A DNA stretch of 42,294 bases from a virus: the UHGV virus genome UHGV-2027207, one strand, 5' to 3'. This document shows positions 8,445-17,192 of this stretch, one piece after another. The position numbers were made by a program, and so were the translations under genes. The stretch's first letter is position 1; each line of letters opens with the position of its first letter. The notes below the pieces were generated by a model that was not told where the DNA came from, did not search any database, and saw only the letters and a program-made list of their open reading frames with translations.

Positions 8445-8866
8445 CAGAAAAGATTAAAAAATGTCACTAATTTTGTGTTTTTGTCACTATATGACACTAA
8501 ATTGACGTTTTTAAAATCGCGGTATCCCTTGATACTCTAAGGATTAGACCAGTTTAATGACAAAATGACAAAAAAAGTACCATACTCTTTATATATACTA
8601 TAATACTACATTATAATGTAGTAACTTTATTTTTTAATTAATATATATAATATTTTGTCATTTTGTCATTATAAAAATAAGAATGTAGGTATATCAATGG
8701 ATACAGCGTTTTAAGGTGTCAAAATTAATGACAAAACGCTGACAAAAACAAGCGATTTAGTGACAAAATAACCATTTTAGGCTGACTTTTTGTCACTAAT
8801 AACTGGTTTACTTAACTCACACAGTATCCCTCATCTATGATATAATAGAAACAAAGAGGAGGAGAT
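8426..8866. promoter_or_regulatory. divergent control region with about 13 TGACAAAA/TTTTGTCA sites and a 115-bp perfect dyad (8556-8670) centred on palindrome TACTACATTATAATGTAGTA
   Basis: AATGACAAAATGACAAAA (8556-8573) is the exact reverse complement of 8653-8670. Central 20-bp palindrome at 8604-8623. AT-rich. Confidence 0.6.
8836..8849 (+). promoter_or_regulatory. TG-extended -10 promoter TATGATATAATAGA for the plus-arm early genes
   Basis: An identical 14-mer recurs at 10346-10359. Confidence 0.55.
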
Positions 8867-9070
8867 ATGATGAAAGATAATATTATTGATCTATTAAAAC
8901 TTGCACTTAGTATCTTACTACTTGTAATAAGTATCATTGGTCTCTGTTATATTGCTATCTATTTAGGTATGAAATTACCATATGAATTATTCCATCAAGG
9001 TGATTGGGGCTTTGCAATTGCACAACTGGTTATTGTGTGGAGCTGGCTATTAGGAGGTAAACGTAAATGA
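8867..9070 (+). CDS. small membrane protein
   Basis: RBS GAGGAGGAG. Two hydrophobic helices. Confidence 0.5.
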   Translation: MMKDNIIDLLKLALSILLLVISIIGLCYIAIYLGMKLPYELFHQGDWGFAIAQLVIVWSWLLGGKRK

Positions 9071-9255
9071 ACACTATTGAAATCACGTTAGATGAAGACA
9101 CTGGTATGTATTGTATTGACCAAAAATTTAAGGATAGTTATCAACAAGGAATACGCACCTATGATATTGAAGAAGCAAAAGAATATATTACTAATTTATT
9201 GGAGGACTTAAGTAATGAAGACAGACAAGCAACTATTAGCACTAAACAAAACTGA
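9067..9255 (+). CDS. hypothetical protein
   Basis: ATGA overlap with the upstream gene. Confidence 0.45.
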   Translation: MNTIEITLDEDTGMYCIDQKFKDSYQQGIRTYDIEEAKEYITNLLEDLSNEDRQATISTKQN

Positions 9256-9397
9256 TCTACTAAAAGAGTATCGTGAGTTAGAAAGTAAACTACAAAACGT
9301 AGCAACTAATAGTAAAGAACCAACACTTGACGAAGCTATTAAGATAGTACAGAGCCATGACATGATTGTACGTAAGAAACAAGACTATAACTTCTAG
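9215..9397 (+). CDS. hypothetical protein
   Basis: ORF with a GGAGGAC RBS. Overlaps the previous ORF in another frame. Confidence 0.35.
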   Translation: MKTDKQLLALNKTDLLKEYRELESKLQNVATNSKEPTLDEAIKIVQSHDMIVRKKQDYNF

Positions 9398-9467
9398 GAT
9401 GAACGAGTTATATGGTATCAATCATAAACTAAAGGATATGGGAATATAAGGAAAGGAGGTGGTTCTT

Positions 9468-9626
9468 TTGCCATACATGTTTTGCAACCACGAAGGATGT
9501 AATGAAACAGTTAAGCTACCAGCACAATACTGTGCCAAACATCAACCAGCAAAGCTATCTGACTCAATCAAAGTAGAACAACCTACAGATAAGATTGTTG
9601 TTAAAGCAAAGAAGACTACTAAATAA
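9468..9626 (+). CDS. 52-aa Cys-rich (zinc-ribbon-like) protein, paralogous to the N-terminus of the adjacent HNH endonuclease
   Basis: Not in the track. AAAGGAGGTGG lies 5 nt before TTG 9468. CNHEGCNETVKLPAQYCAKH versus CAVSSCRNKVELPERYCEAH. Confidence 0.45.
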   Translation: MPYMFCNHEGCNETVKLPAQYCAKHQPAKLSDSIKVEQPTDKIVVKAKKTTK

Positions 9627-9669
9627 TAGTAGTCTTTTCTTATATAAAATAGAAGGAAGGAGTAACACA

Positions 9670-10065
9670 ATGATCCAACGTAAGTGTGCAGTATCTTCAT
9701 GTCGTAATAAAGTAGAGTTACCAGAAAGATACTGTGAAGCACATCAAGGACACAACAACAGTCAGTACAATAAACATGTAAGATACAATGATGATAACAA
9801 GAAGTACAGTAACTTCTATCATTCAACCCAATGGAGGAATGCACGTAAAGCCAAGCTAATGGAGCAACCACTCTGCGAGGTATGCTTAGCACAAGGCAAG
9901 TACACCAACGCTGACATGGTTCACCATTGTAAATATGAATTAAGAAGTCCAAATGGATGGAAACATAGACTTGATTTAAATAACTTGGAGTCAATCTGTT
10001 ACGAGTGTCACAACAAGGAAGAACACAGCTACAGCTGGAAAAATAGAGGTAGGGAACAGCGCTAA
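9670..10065 (+). CDS. HNH endonuclease (terminase/cos-associated type)
   Basis: CEVCL...HH..Y.....N...NL..IC..CHN; located just upstream of terS. RBS GGAAGGAG. Confidence 0.75.
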   Translation: MIQRKCAVSSCRNKVELPERYCEAHQGHNNSQYNKHVRYNDDNKKYSNFYHSTQWRNARKAKLMEQPLCEVCLAQGKYTNADMVHHCKYELRSPNGWKHRLDLNNLESICYECHNKEEHSYSWKNRGREQR

Positions 10066-10413
10066 ATCAACAGCCACGCAGCCAAAATTATTTTAGGGAG
10101 AGCAAAAATGTTTTTACCCCCCTACCTTTTTATAACGAATTAATCGCTGACCCCTCCTCTTCGTACGAAATTCTAAAAATGAACTTTCAAAAACGCCCTT
10201 TTCCCTCGTAAAACGTCATTTACAACTGGTTTCTTGTGTTGAAAATTAAGGATTCCTGGTGCGTAGGTGGTGTTATTTCGCTTATACGATTGTTCCCCCT
10301 ATAAACATGATTGAACCCTGGTTTCTCTACACAGGATTCTTTTTATATGATATAATAGAGCTATATAAGGGAGTTAGCCGTTAACTCAAAAATAAAATAA
10401 GGGAGGTTATACA
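10066..10413. other. candidate cos/packaging site region
   Basis: 348-bp non-coding stretch with C-runs (CCCCCC, GACCCCTCCTCTTCG) between the HNH and terS-side genes, at the HK97-like position. Confidence 0.3.
10346..10359 (+). promoter_or_regulatory. TG-extended -10 promoter TATGATATAATAGA
   Basis: Exact repeat of 8836-8849. Confidence 0.5.
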
Positions 10414-10596
10414 ATGCCTGCACCAAAACCAGTGTACGTAAAAGATTTATCAACTGGGCAGACACGCAAATTCAAATCACAATTCGCAGCAGATGATTTC
10501 TATAATAAGAAGCGTGGCTACTTTAAGGATATTAAAACAAAATTAGGCGGACGCAATCGTCACTTTGAAATTACAGAAGCCCCAAAGGAGGGTTAA
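10414..10596 (+). CDS. small basic protein
   Basis: RBS GGGAGG. Confidence 0.45.
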   Translation: MPAPKPVYVKDLSTGQTRKFKSQFAADDFYNKKRGYFKDIKTKLGGRNRHFEITEAPKEG

Positions 10597-10598
10597 AC

Positions 10599-10889
10599 AT
10601 GATTTTATATTATATTGAAGATGGCTATACATCATTACCTATTGAACAAGTGGAATATAAGCGAATTGAAAACAAAACATATGCTCCTGAGTTTGTTATT
10701 GATGGTAAAGAATATGGGGTAGTCAACCTTATGGAGAGCTATAAAACATTTGGAGAAGAAGGACACCACCATATGTTAGTAGCTGATGTTGTTTCAGGAA
10801 ATAAAAATTATTTTGCAGAATATGAATTAACGATTGATTATGATGCTAGAGTAATTGTAATTAAATTCATCAAAGAAATTAAGGAGTGA
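10599..10889 (+). CDS. hypothetical protein
   Basis: RBS AAGGAGG. Confidence 0.45.
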   Translation: MILYYIEDGYTSLPIEQVEYKRIENKTYAPEFVIDGKEYGVVNLMESYKTFGEEGHHHMLVADVVSGNKNYFAEYELTIDYDARVIVIKFIKEIKE

Positions 10890-10893
10890 TAAC

Positions 10894-11358
10894 ATGGCAA
10901 GACCACGAAAACTATTAAACGCTCAGAGTGGTAACTTGACCACTCAGCAACGAGAAGAGCGTGAGAAGGAGGAAGAAGTACTTTATAACTACGAAAAGTT
11001 AGACTTTAGTTTTTATCCACCAGGTTTATTACCACAAGCATTCAATGAATGGGATCGCATTGGAGCATATGTTGGAGACTTACCTATTAGTGAGTTGGAT
11101 GTGAATACAGTCATTAGATATTGCAACTACAATTATCTATATGCAGAGGCAGTAGAGAAGGTGGCTCAAATGGGCGCTATTGACCCTGAGACAGGCAAAG
11201 CCAACCCTTGGGTTAATGCTATGAACTCATACTCAAAAGAGCTAAAAACGGCAACCAATGACCTGGGATTAACAATCAATTCAAGAATGAAGATTATTCT
11301 TCCAGCAGAGAAAGAAAAAGAAGTGATTGATCCATTTGCGAAAATGTTTGAGGGATAA
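10894..11358 (+). CDS. terS: terminase small subunit (P27-like)
   Basis: About 154 aa, lying between HNH/cos and terL. Confidence 0.65.
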   Translation: MARPRKLLNAQSGNLTTQQREEREKEEEVLYNYEKLDFSFYPPGLLPQAFNEWDRIGAYVGDLPISELDVNTVIRYCNYNYLYAEAVEKVAQMGAIDPETGKANPWVNAMNSYSKELKTATNDLGLTINSRMKIILPAEKEKEVIDPFAKMFEG

Positions 11359-11446
11359 CCTACACAAAACTAAAAGTTTATGATATACTATTTATAGCAA
11401 ATGAGTGGTAATCATTAGATACACCATTATCACAAAAGTCGGATTT

Positions 11447-11457
11447 TGTGATATAAT
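11447..11457 (+). promoter_or_regulatory. TG-extended -10 promoter TGTGATATAAT
   Basis: Drives the non-coding interval upstream of terL. Confidence 0.45.
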
Positions 11458-11464
11458 ACTTAGT

Positions 11465-11673
11465 AGAGGTTTACAGATCCTACCAAAACTGGCCTAATAG
11501 AGGATACACCACCTATCTAAAAATAAGTGCTCGCTACAGTGTCTAGCGAATGCGTGATAGTATGACCCTCTTTGACGACAAGCACGACAAAGCAGTTAGC
11601 CACATAACAGAGGGCGTGGAAACCTGCAGATACTAACATCCCACTAGTCTAGCTAACTAGTGGGTCTTTTTTT
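11465..11673 (+). ncRNA. candidate ~210-nt non-coding RNA bounded by its own promoter and terminator
   Basis: No credible ORF/RBS. Internal stems TCGCTA/TAGCGA and CCCTCT/AGAGGG. Terminator CCCACTAG..CTAGTGGG + T9 at 11640-11673. Confidence 0.35.
11640..11673 (+). terminator. intrinsic terminator
   Basis: 8-bp GC-rich stem followed by TCTTTTTTT. Confidence 0.7.
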
Positions 11674-11683
11674 GTGTTATAAT
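11674..11683 (+). promoter_or_regulatory. TG-extended -10 promoter TGTTATAAT for terL
   Basis: Immediately follows the terminator. Confidence 0.5.
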
Positions 11684-11715
11684 ATAAATGACTAGCATAA
11701 AAGGAGGATACATAT

Positions 11716-13488
11716 ATGTTTGATCCAGTACAAGATTATATAGACCTAATTGAAAAAGGATATGTTGAAGGTAAAAAATATATTGTTGAAGATGGTAAAT
11801 ACAAGACAATTAAAGTTGACATTCGTGTAGGTAAGAAAATACAAAAAGCGATTGAACGCCATCAAAGAGAAGTAGAATTATCTAAACTACCAGATTATCC
11901 ATATATTTATAGACCAGAAGAATCCATCCCAGTCATTAGGTTTATGGAAATGCTTCCTGATCCAAAAAGTCGTAAACCAATGAAGTTAGCAACCTTCCAA
12001 AAATTCATCATTGGTTTACTATATGGTTGGCGCAAAAAGAGAGACAATACTAGACGTTTTAGAAAGGCATATATATCCCTAGCACGTAAGAACGGTAAGT
12101 CGTTAATTGTGGCTGGCATTGCCCTATATGAGTTTTTGTTTGGTAAAAATCCAGCAGCAAGCCGTCAAGTAGTAGCGGCAGCGAACACAAAAGAGCAGGC
12201 AGGAATCGTTTTCAGAATGCTTAAATCTCAATTAATGGCACTACGCAGCGTATCAAAAGAAGTGAAGAAAAGAACCACTGTGCGTAGATATGACATTGAA
12301 GCGAGTGATGAATCAACAGTCAAGCCATTATCCAGTGACGCAGACACACTAGATGGCTTAGATGTTTTGTGTGGTATTTTAGATGAGTATGGTGAAGCTA
12401 AAGATACAAGTATTATTGAAGTATTAGAATCATCACAAGCCCAACAAGTAGAAGGTCTAATTTTAATGATATCTACGGCTACAAAAAACTTAAATGGTCC
12501 TATGTTCACAATAGATTACCAATTTGTTGATAAGCTACTCGATGAAGAAGTGAAAGCTGATGCCTATCTAGCACTATGCTGGGAGATGGATAATCTATCA
12601 GAAGTAGATGATGAAGCGAACTGGATAAAAGCCAATCCATTATTAGAAATACCAGAGGCTTATGAGTCAATGATGGAGCATAAACGCAACTCACTTGATG
12701 AATATAAAGGTAAAATGGATTTATCAGGATGGCTTACAAAAGAAGAAAATTTTTGGGTACAATCATCTAAAGATAGTTTTGTAACAAAAGAAGAATGGGA
12801 CGCAGTGAAAGCACCCAATCAGTATAACATTAAGGGTAGAAAAGTCTATATTGGCATTGACTTAGCAAGAACATCAGATATGACAGCCGTTTCATGGATT
12901 ATCCCAATAGAAGAAGAGCATAAGTTATTACTAGATACACATGGTTTTGTGTCTTCAGTTGGAGGTATAGACCATAAACAATCCATTGATAAAATACCAT
13001 ATAGACAGTATGAGTCAATGAACCTCATTCATATTTCCCAACGTGAAGATGGGTTAATTGATACAGAAGAAATGTGTGATTGGATACGTGATTTCATAGA
13101 TTATAATGATTTACAATTAGTTGGTATCTACTATGATCCATTTATGATGGATAAAGCTTTGATTAATCTAAGTAAGACCTACCCCAAAAAACTAATTGAA
13201 GTACCTCAGAAAATCAATTATTTATCTTCACCAACAAGAGCCTTGCGTGAGTTAATTCGTAGAGGTGAGGTAATGCACACCAATAATCCTTTATTGAATC
13301 GTGCAGCATACAATGCAATGATTAAAGAGTACAATGACAGCGTTGCAATTGATAAGCAAATAAACAGGAATAAAATTGACTCACTTGACGCCATAATAAA
13401 TGCAATGAGTGACGCTCAATATCATGATTATGACGCACCAACCTTGCAAGATTTACTAGATAGCGGTGAGTTTGGTTTTGGATACTAA
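11716..13488 (+). CDS. terL: terminase large subunit
   Basis: 590 aa, ATPase + nuclease architecture. RBS AAGGAGGA. Confidence 0.85.
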   Translation: MFDPVQDYIDLIEKGYVEGKKYIVEDGKYKTIKVDIRVGKKIQKAIERHQREVELSKLPDYPYIYRPEESIPVIRFMEMLPDPKSRKPMKLATFQKFIIGLLYGWRKKRDNTRRFRKAYISLARKNGKSLIVAGIALYEFLFGKNPAASRQVVAAANTKEQAGIVFRMLKSQLMALRSVSKEVKKRTTVRRYDIEASDESTVKPLSSDADTLDGLDVLCGILDEYGEAKDTSIIEVLESSQAQQVEGLILMISTATKNLNGPMFTIDYQFVDKLLDEEVKADAYLALCWEMDNLSEVDDEANWIKANPLLEIPEAYESMMEHKRNSLDEYKGKMDLSGWLTKEENFWVQSSKDSFVTKEEWDAVKAPNQYNIKGRKVYIGIDLARTSDMTAVSWIIPIEEEHKLLLDTHGFVSSVGGIDHKQSIDKIPYRQYESMNLIHISQREDGLIDTEEMCDWIRDFIDYNDLQLVGIYYDPFMMDKALINLSKTYPKKLIEVPQKINYLSSPTRALRELIRRGEVMHTNNPLLNRAAYNAMIKEYNDSVAIDKQINRNKIDSLDAIINAMSDAQYHDYDAPTLQDLLDSGEFGFGY

Positions 13489-13498
13489 TACAACACCT

Positions 13499-13527
13499 AA
13501 GGGTATGTTTAAACAGCATACCCTTTT
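13499..13527 (+). terminator. intrinsic terminator
   Basis: AAGGGTATG..CATACCCTT + TTTT. Confidence 0.6.
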
Positions 13528-13581
13528 CGTCTGTTTTGTGTTAAAATAGAGTTAGAAATATCGCAAAAGGAGCGTGAAAAC

Positions 13582-13758
13582 ATGAAATTTGTTGCGGTTA
13601 TTGTAGCTGTTTTGTATATAATTAGCGCAGTATTTATCGCTTTATCAGCATTTTTAGTATCAAATATCATAGGTTTATTCATCTGTGGTATATTATTCAT
13701 GATTCCAACAATTGTTTTATATCATGAAGCCACTAATTCAGGAGAAGGGAGGTCATAA
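13582..13758 (+). CDS. 58-aa membrane protein (two TM helices) between terL and portal
   Basis: Not in the track. AAGGAG 8 nt upstream. MKFVAVIVAVLYIISAVFIAL... Confidence 0.45.
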   Translation: MKFVAVIVAVLYIISAVFIALSAFLVSNIIGLFICGILFMIPTIVLYHEATNSGEGRS

Positions 13759-13761
13759 TAA

Positions 13762-14967
13762 ATGGGATTATTCATAAACAACGGAAACCCAGTAACAGAG
13801 CAACAAATAATTGATTATATCAATACTGGAACAGCGTACACTACCAATTTCACAGGTCTCAAAGCGTTGACAAACTCAGATATTTATACTGGGGTTAACA
13901 TTATTGCTGGGGATATTGCTCAGAGTCAATTTAAACCAGCAGCTACAACCTCAGTAGATGACAGTTTGTTATACTTGTTAAATAAAGAGCCAAAGGAAAA
14001 TCAATCACACTATACAATGATGTATGCAGTGGTTTCAAACCTTATTTTAACAGGAAACGCATATGTGCTCATTCATAGAAACAATGATGGTAGTGTGAAA
14101 GAGCTAGAGTTTGTAGAAACACAACAAGTTAACGTCATTAGAGACCTTATTACAGGCTTATACAGATACGAAGTTAATATGCCATATGGGAATATTATGT
14201 ATAAGTGTGACCCACGTGATATTTTACATTTCAAATTAAGCACTACAGATGGTTGGCTAGGACGCTCACCATTACTATCATTAAATGACGAAATATCATT
14301 ACAAACTAATGGACTAAAAGTACTAAATAATTTCTTTTCAAAAGGTGTCTTCTCTGGGGGTATTCTTAAGCTATTAAATGGTACAGTCAACAACAGTGCT
14401 AAGAAACAAATTAGAGACGACTTTGAAGCAGTGAATGGAAACGGTGGAGTTATCGTAATAGATGACTCGCAAGAGTTCACTGATAATAAAATCAATACAG
14501 AAGTACTAAAATTAATTCAAGCTAATAAATTTAGTACCCAGCAGATTGCTAAAGTATTAGGAATTCCAGTAAGTAGATTTGGACAAGAACTAGTTAACTC
14601 ATCTGACACCAGTCAGAATGACATCTATATTGCAAGTACTATTGCGATGTACGAATCATCTATCTGTGATGAGTTAAATCTAAAATTAGGAGTAGAGTTA
14701 GAGTTAGATTTATCTAAACTACGTCAAGATACTAAAGAAGATAGACTGCGTAGAATTGCAGAAGGAAGAGTGAAGTCTGAATTTGCCCAAGCCTTAACGG
14801 TAAATGACGCACGTGAGTATCTTGGATTTACTGATATTGAAGGAGGAGAAGCCTTGCTTGGTCAAAAATCAGAAACAAGTGAAAATAAAACAGAACAGGA
14901 TGTGAATGTTAATGAAGAAGAACTTGGAAATCAGAGCCCTACAGACACTGGAGAAGACAGAGGATAA
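13762..14967 (+). CDS. portal protein (HK97 family)
   Basis: Position and size. RBS GGGAGG. Confidence 0.8.
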   Translation: MGLFINNGNPVTEQQIIDYINTGTAYTTNFTGLKALTNSDIYTGVNIIAGDIAQSQFKPAATTSVDDSLLYLLNKEPKENQSHYTMMYAVVSNLILTGNAYVLIHRNNDGSVKELEFVETQQVNVIRDLITGLYRYEVNMPYGNIMYKCDPRDILHFKLSTTDGWLGRSPLLSLNDEISLQTNGLKVLNNFFSKGVFSGGILKLLNGTVNNSAKKQIRDDFEAVNGNGGVIVIDDSQEFTDNKINTEVLKLIQANKFSTQQIAKVLGIPVSRFGQELVNSSDTSQNDIYIASTIAMYESSICDELNLKLGVELELDLSKLRQDTKEDRLRRIAEGRVKSEFAQALTVNDAREYLGFTDIEGGEALLGQKSETSENKTEQDVNVNEEELGNQSPTDTGEDRG

Positions 14968-15463
14968 TGTAGTGGAAGGATATGCTCTAAAATTTAATAA
15001 AGAATCACGTAATTTAGGTGGATTTGTGGAGACCATTTCACCAGAAGCATTAGAAGGTGTAGACTTGACAGACGTACGGTGTTTCATGGATCATGATTCT
15101 AGTAAACTATTAGGACGCACCTCAAGTGGTACATTGGAACTGAATGTAGATGACATTGGTTTACATTTTCGTTGCGTACTTCCTGACACAAGTAATGGAC
15201 GTGACGCAATGGAACTAGTAAAACGTGGCGACTTAAACCAGTGCTCATTTGGTTTCACAGTGGCTAAAGACAAATGGACAAAAGGTAAAGACATTATGAA
15301 ACGTTCAATCAACAAGATTGGTTCATTATTAGAAATATCTCTAGTATCCATTCCAGCCTATGATGACACAGACGTACGAGTTGCAACACGCTCATTAGAA
15401 GAAGCTGTTAATGAATTAGAGAAACAACGCTTAGAAGTTGAATTAGAGCTGTTGGGCTTGTAA
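14912..15463 (+). CDS. prohead protease (HK97 family)
   Basis: Position between portal and capsid; overlaps the portal 3' end. Confidence 0.65.
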   Translation: MKKNLEIRALQTLEKTEDNVVEGYALKFNKESRNLGGFVETISPEALEGVDLTDVRCFMDHDSSKLLGRTSSGTLELNVDDIGLHFRCVLPDTSNGRDAMELVKRGDLNQCSFGFTVAKDKWTKGKDIMKRSINKIGSLLEISLVSIPAYDDTDVRVATRSLEEAVNELEKQRLEVELELLGL

Positions 15464-15488
15464 TTTAAAGCCCACAACTTCTAACATG

Positions 15489-15499
15489 TGTGCTATAAT
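15489..15499 (+). promoter_or_regulatory. TG-extended -10 promoter TGTGCTATAAT
   Basis: Upstream of the capsid gene. Confidence 0.4.
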
Positions 15500-15532
15500 T
15501 AAAACAGAAAGCTAGTGAAGGAGTGAGATTGA

Positions 15533-16768
15533 TTGAATCGTGAAGAGCAAATCAAAAAGGCACATGATTTATTGTCAGATGGCAAATTTGAAGAAGCACG
15601 TAGTTTAGTTGAAGCCATTAAAAAACAAGACGCAGAAGAGTTAGAAAAAAAAGCTTCTGACAAAAAGCCTGACGAAGATAAAACCGTTGAAGAAACAAAA
15701 GATGAAGAAAAAGAACAACCAAAAGAGCAAGAACCAGAAAAAAAAGAAGAAAAAGAACCAGAGAAGAAACAAAAAGATGAAGAAAAACGCTCATTAGAGC
15801 AAAAAGGAGAAGAAAAAAATATGGAAAAAGTAGTGTTAGATGGAAAAGAAATCTCTCAGCCAGAAACAGAAGTTCGTGGATTTTTAAAGTATGTGCGTTC
15901 TCATAACCCTAAAATGGACTTGCGAGCGCTTCCAGAAGGTGTAAAATCAACTGATGTTGGTGCAATCATCCCTGAAGATATTGTTACAAAAACAAAAATG
16001 TTACCTGAAACAGTAGTGGACTTACGTAACTTAGTTCAAACAGTGAAAGTAAACACAGCTACAGGTAAATACCCTATTTTGAAATCAACAGAAGCCGTGA
16101 TGCACAGTGTTGAAGAATTGAACGCAAATCCAGATTTGGATAAACCACAATTTGAAAATGTATTGTATGATGTTGATACTTATCGTGGACAAATTCCAGT
16201 TTCTCGTGAATCGTTAGATGATTCAGATGAAGATTTAGGAGCTTTAATTGCACGTCATATCCAACGTATTGTATTGAACACAGCAAACGCTAAAATTGTT
16301 GAAAATTTGAAAACAGCAACAGCTAAAACTGTTAAGAATTTGGATGAAATAAAAACAATCATCAATACTGAATTTGACCCAGCATACAACTTACAATTTG
16401 TAGTTTCTCAATCATTCTTCAATGAAGTAGACTTGATGAAAGACAATGAAGGACGTTACCTATTACAACCTTCAATTACAGCTCAATCTGGTAAATCTTT
16501 ACTTGGTTTGAACGTAACTGTGCTTTCTGATAAATTGTTAGCTGGAGAATCTGTCAATAAAAAAGTAGCATTCTTGGGAGATCCTGCTGGATTTACATCA
16601 TTCTTTGACCGTAATGAATTGGCAGTTCGCTGGCAAGAACACCAAAACTATGGAGAAATCCTAGCAGCAGCAATGCGTTTTGACGTTAAAACAGTAGACG
16701 CAGCAGCTGGTAAATTCTTAACTCTTGATACAGCGGCTGCAGCAGCTTCAGAAGGTCTAGGAGCATAA
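15533..16768 (+). CDS. major capsid protein with a KE-rich N-terminal scaffold-like (delta) domain
   Basis: TTG start with AAGGAG. The first ~100 aa are a low-complexity EK-rich coiled region. No separate scaffold gene. Confidence 0.75.
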   Translation: MNREEQIKKAHDLLSDGKFEEARSLVEAIKKQDAEELEKKASDKKPDEDKTVEETKDEEKEQPKEQEPEKKEEKEPEKKQKDEEKRSLEQKGEEKNMEKVVLDGKEISQPETEVRGFLKYVRSHNPKMDLRALPEGVKSTDVGAIIPEDIVTKTKMLPETVVDLRNLVQTVKVNTATGKYPILKSTEAVMHSVEELNANPDLDKPQFENVLYDVDTYRGQIPVSRESLDDSDEDLGALIARHIQRIVLNTANAKIVENLKTATAKTVKNLDEIKTIINTEFDPAYNLQFVVSQSFFNEVDLMKDNEGRYLLQPSITAQSGKSLLGLNVTVLSDKLLAGESVNKKVAFLGDPAGFTSFFDRNELAVRWQEHQNYGEILAAAMRFDVKTVDAAAGKFLTLDTAAAAASEGLGA

Positions 16769-16844
16769 TATAAACAGTCACGAAGAGGGGTGGGGCTCAT
16801 GCCTCATCTCTCTTTTATTATATGATAAAGGAGTGATAAAGTCA

Positions 16845-17192
16845 ATGTTAACAGTAGAAGAAATCAAAAATAATTTACGTATTGACTATGATGAGGACGA
16901 CACCTACTTAGAAATGTTGCTTGGTGCAGCACAACTCTATATTTTAGGTAGTATTGAAGTGACTGTATTACCAGATGACCCAAAAACAAACACACTAGTA
17001 TTCATGCTTGTGTCATTGTGGTATGAAAATCGTGTACCAGCTACAAACGCACTACAACAACAAGTACCTTTTACTATTACGGCAATGATTCATCAATTGA
17101 GGGGGTTAGCTCATGGCGAATATCAAAACATCCAAGCTGAATCAGCGGATTACACTACTAGTGAAGACACGCTCACGAAACGAGTTCTTTGA
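16845..17192 (+). CDS. head-tail connector (gp6-like)
   Basis: Position and size. Confidence 0.55.
   Translation: MLTVEEIKNNLRIDYDEDDTYLEMLLGAAQLYILGSIEVTVLPDDPKTNTLVFMLVSLWYENRVPATNALQQQVPFTITAMIHQLRGLAHGEYQNIQAESADYTTSEDTLTKRVL

Noticed and set aside
8426-8866. Possible CRISPR-like or tRNA content in the repeat-rich intergenic region
   Set aside because: The repeats are 8-mers in both orientations with irregular spacing, not a repeat-spacer array. No cloverleaf with an anticodon arm could be folded.
9542-9994. 150-aa minus-strand ORF opposite the HNH gene
   Set aside because: It is antisense to a motif-supported HNH gene and has a Cys-rich, nonsense-like composition.
12228-13028. Several minus-strand ORFs inside terL
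   Set aside because: They are antisense to the terminase large subunit with no translation signals.
15455-15474. Hairpin GGGCTT-N8-AAGCCC at the end of the protease gene as a terminator
   Set aside because: No U-tract follows and it overlaps the stop codon. It is more likely an RNA stability element or coincidence.
16769-16832. Terminator after the capsid gene (GAGGGGTGGGGCTCATGCCTCATCTCTC)
   Set aside because: No convincing stem could be paired by eye. It is left uncalled.
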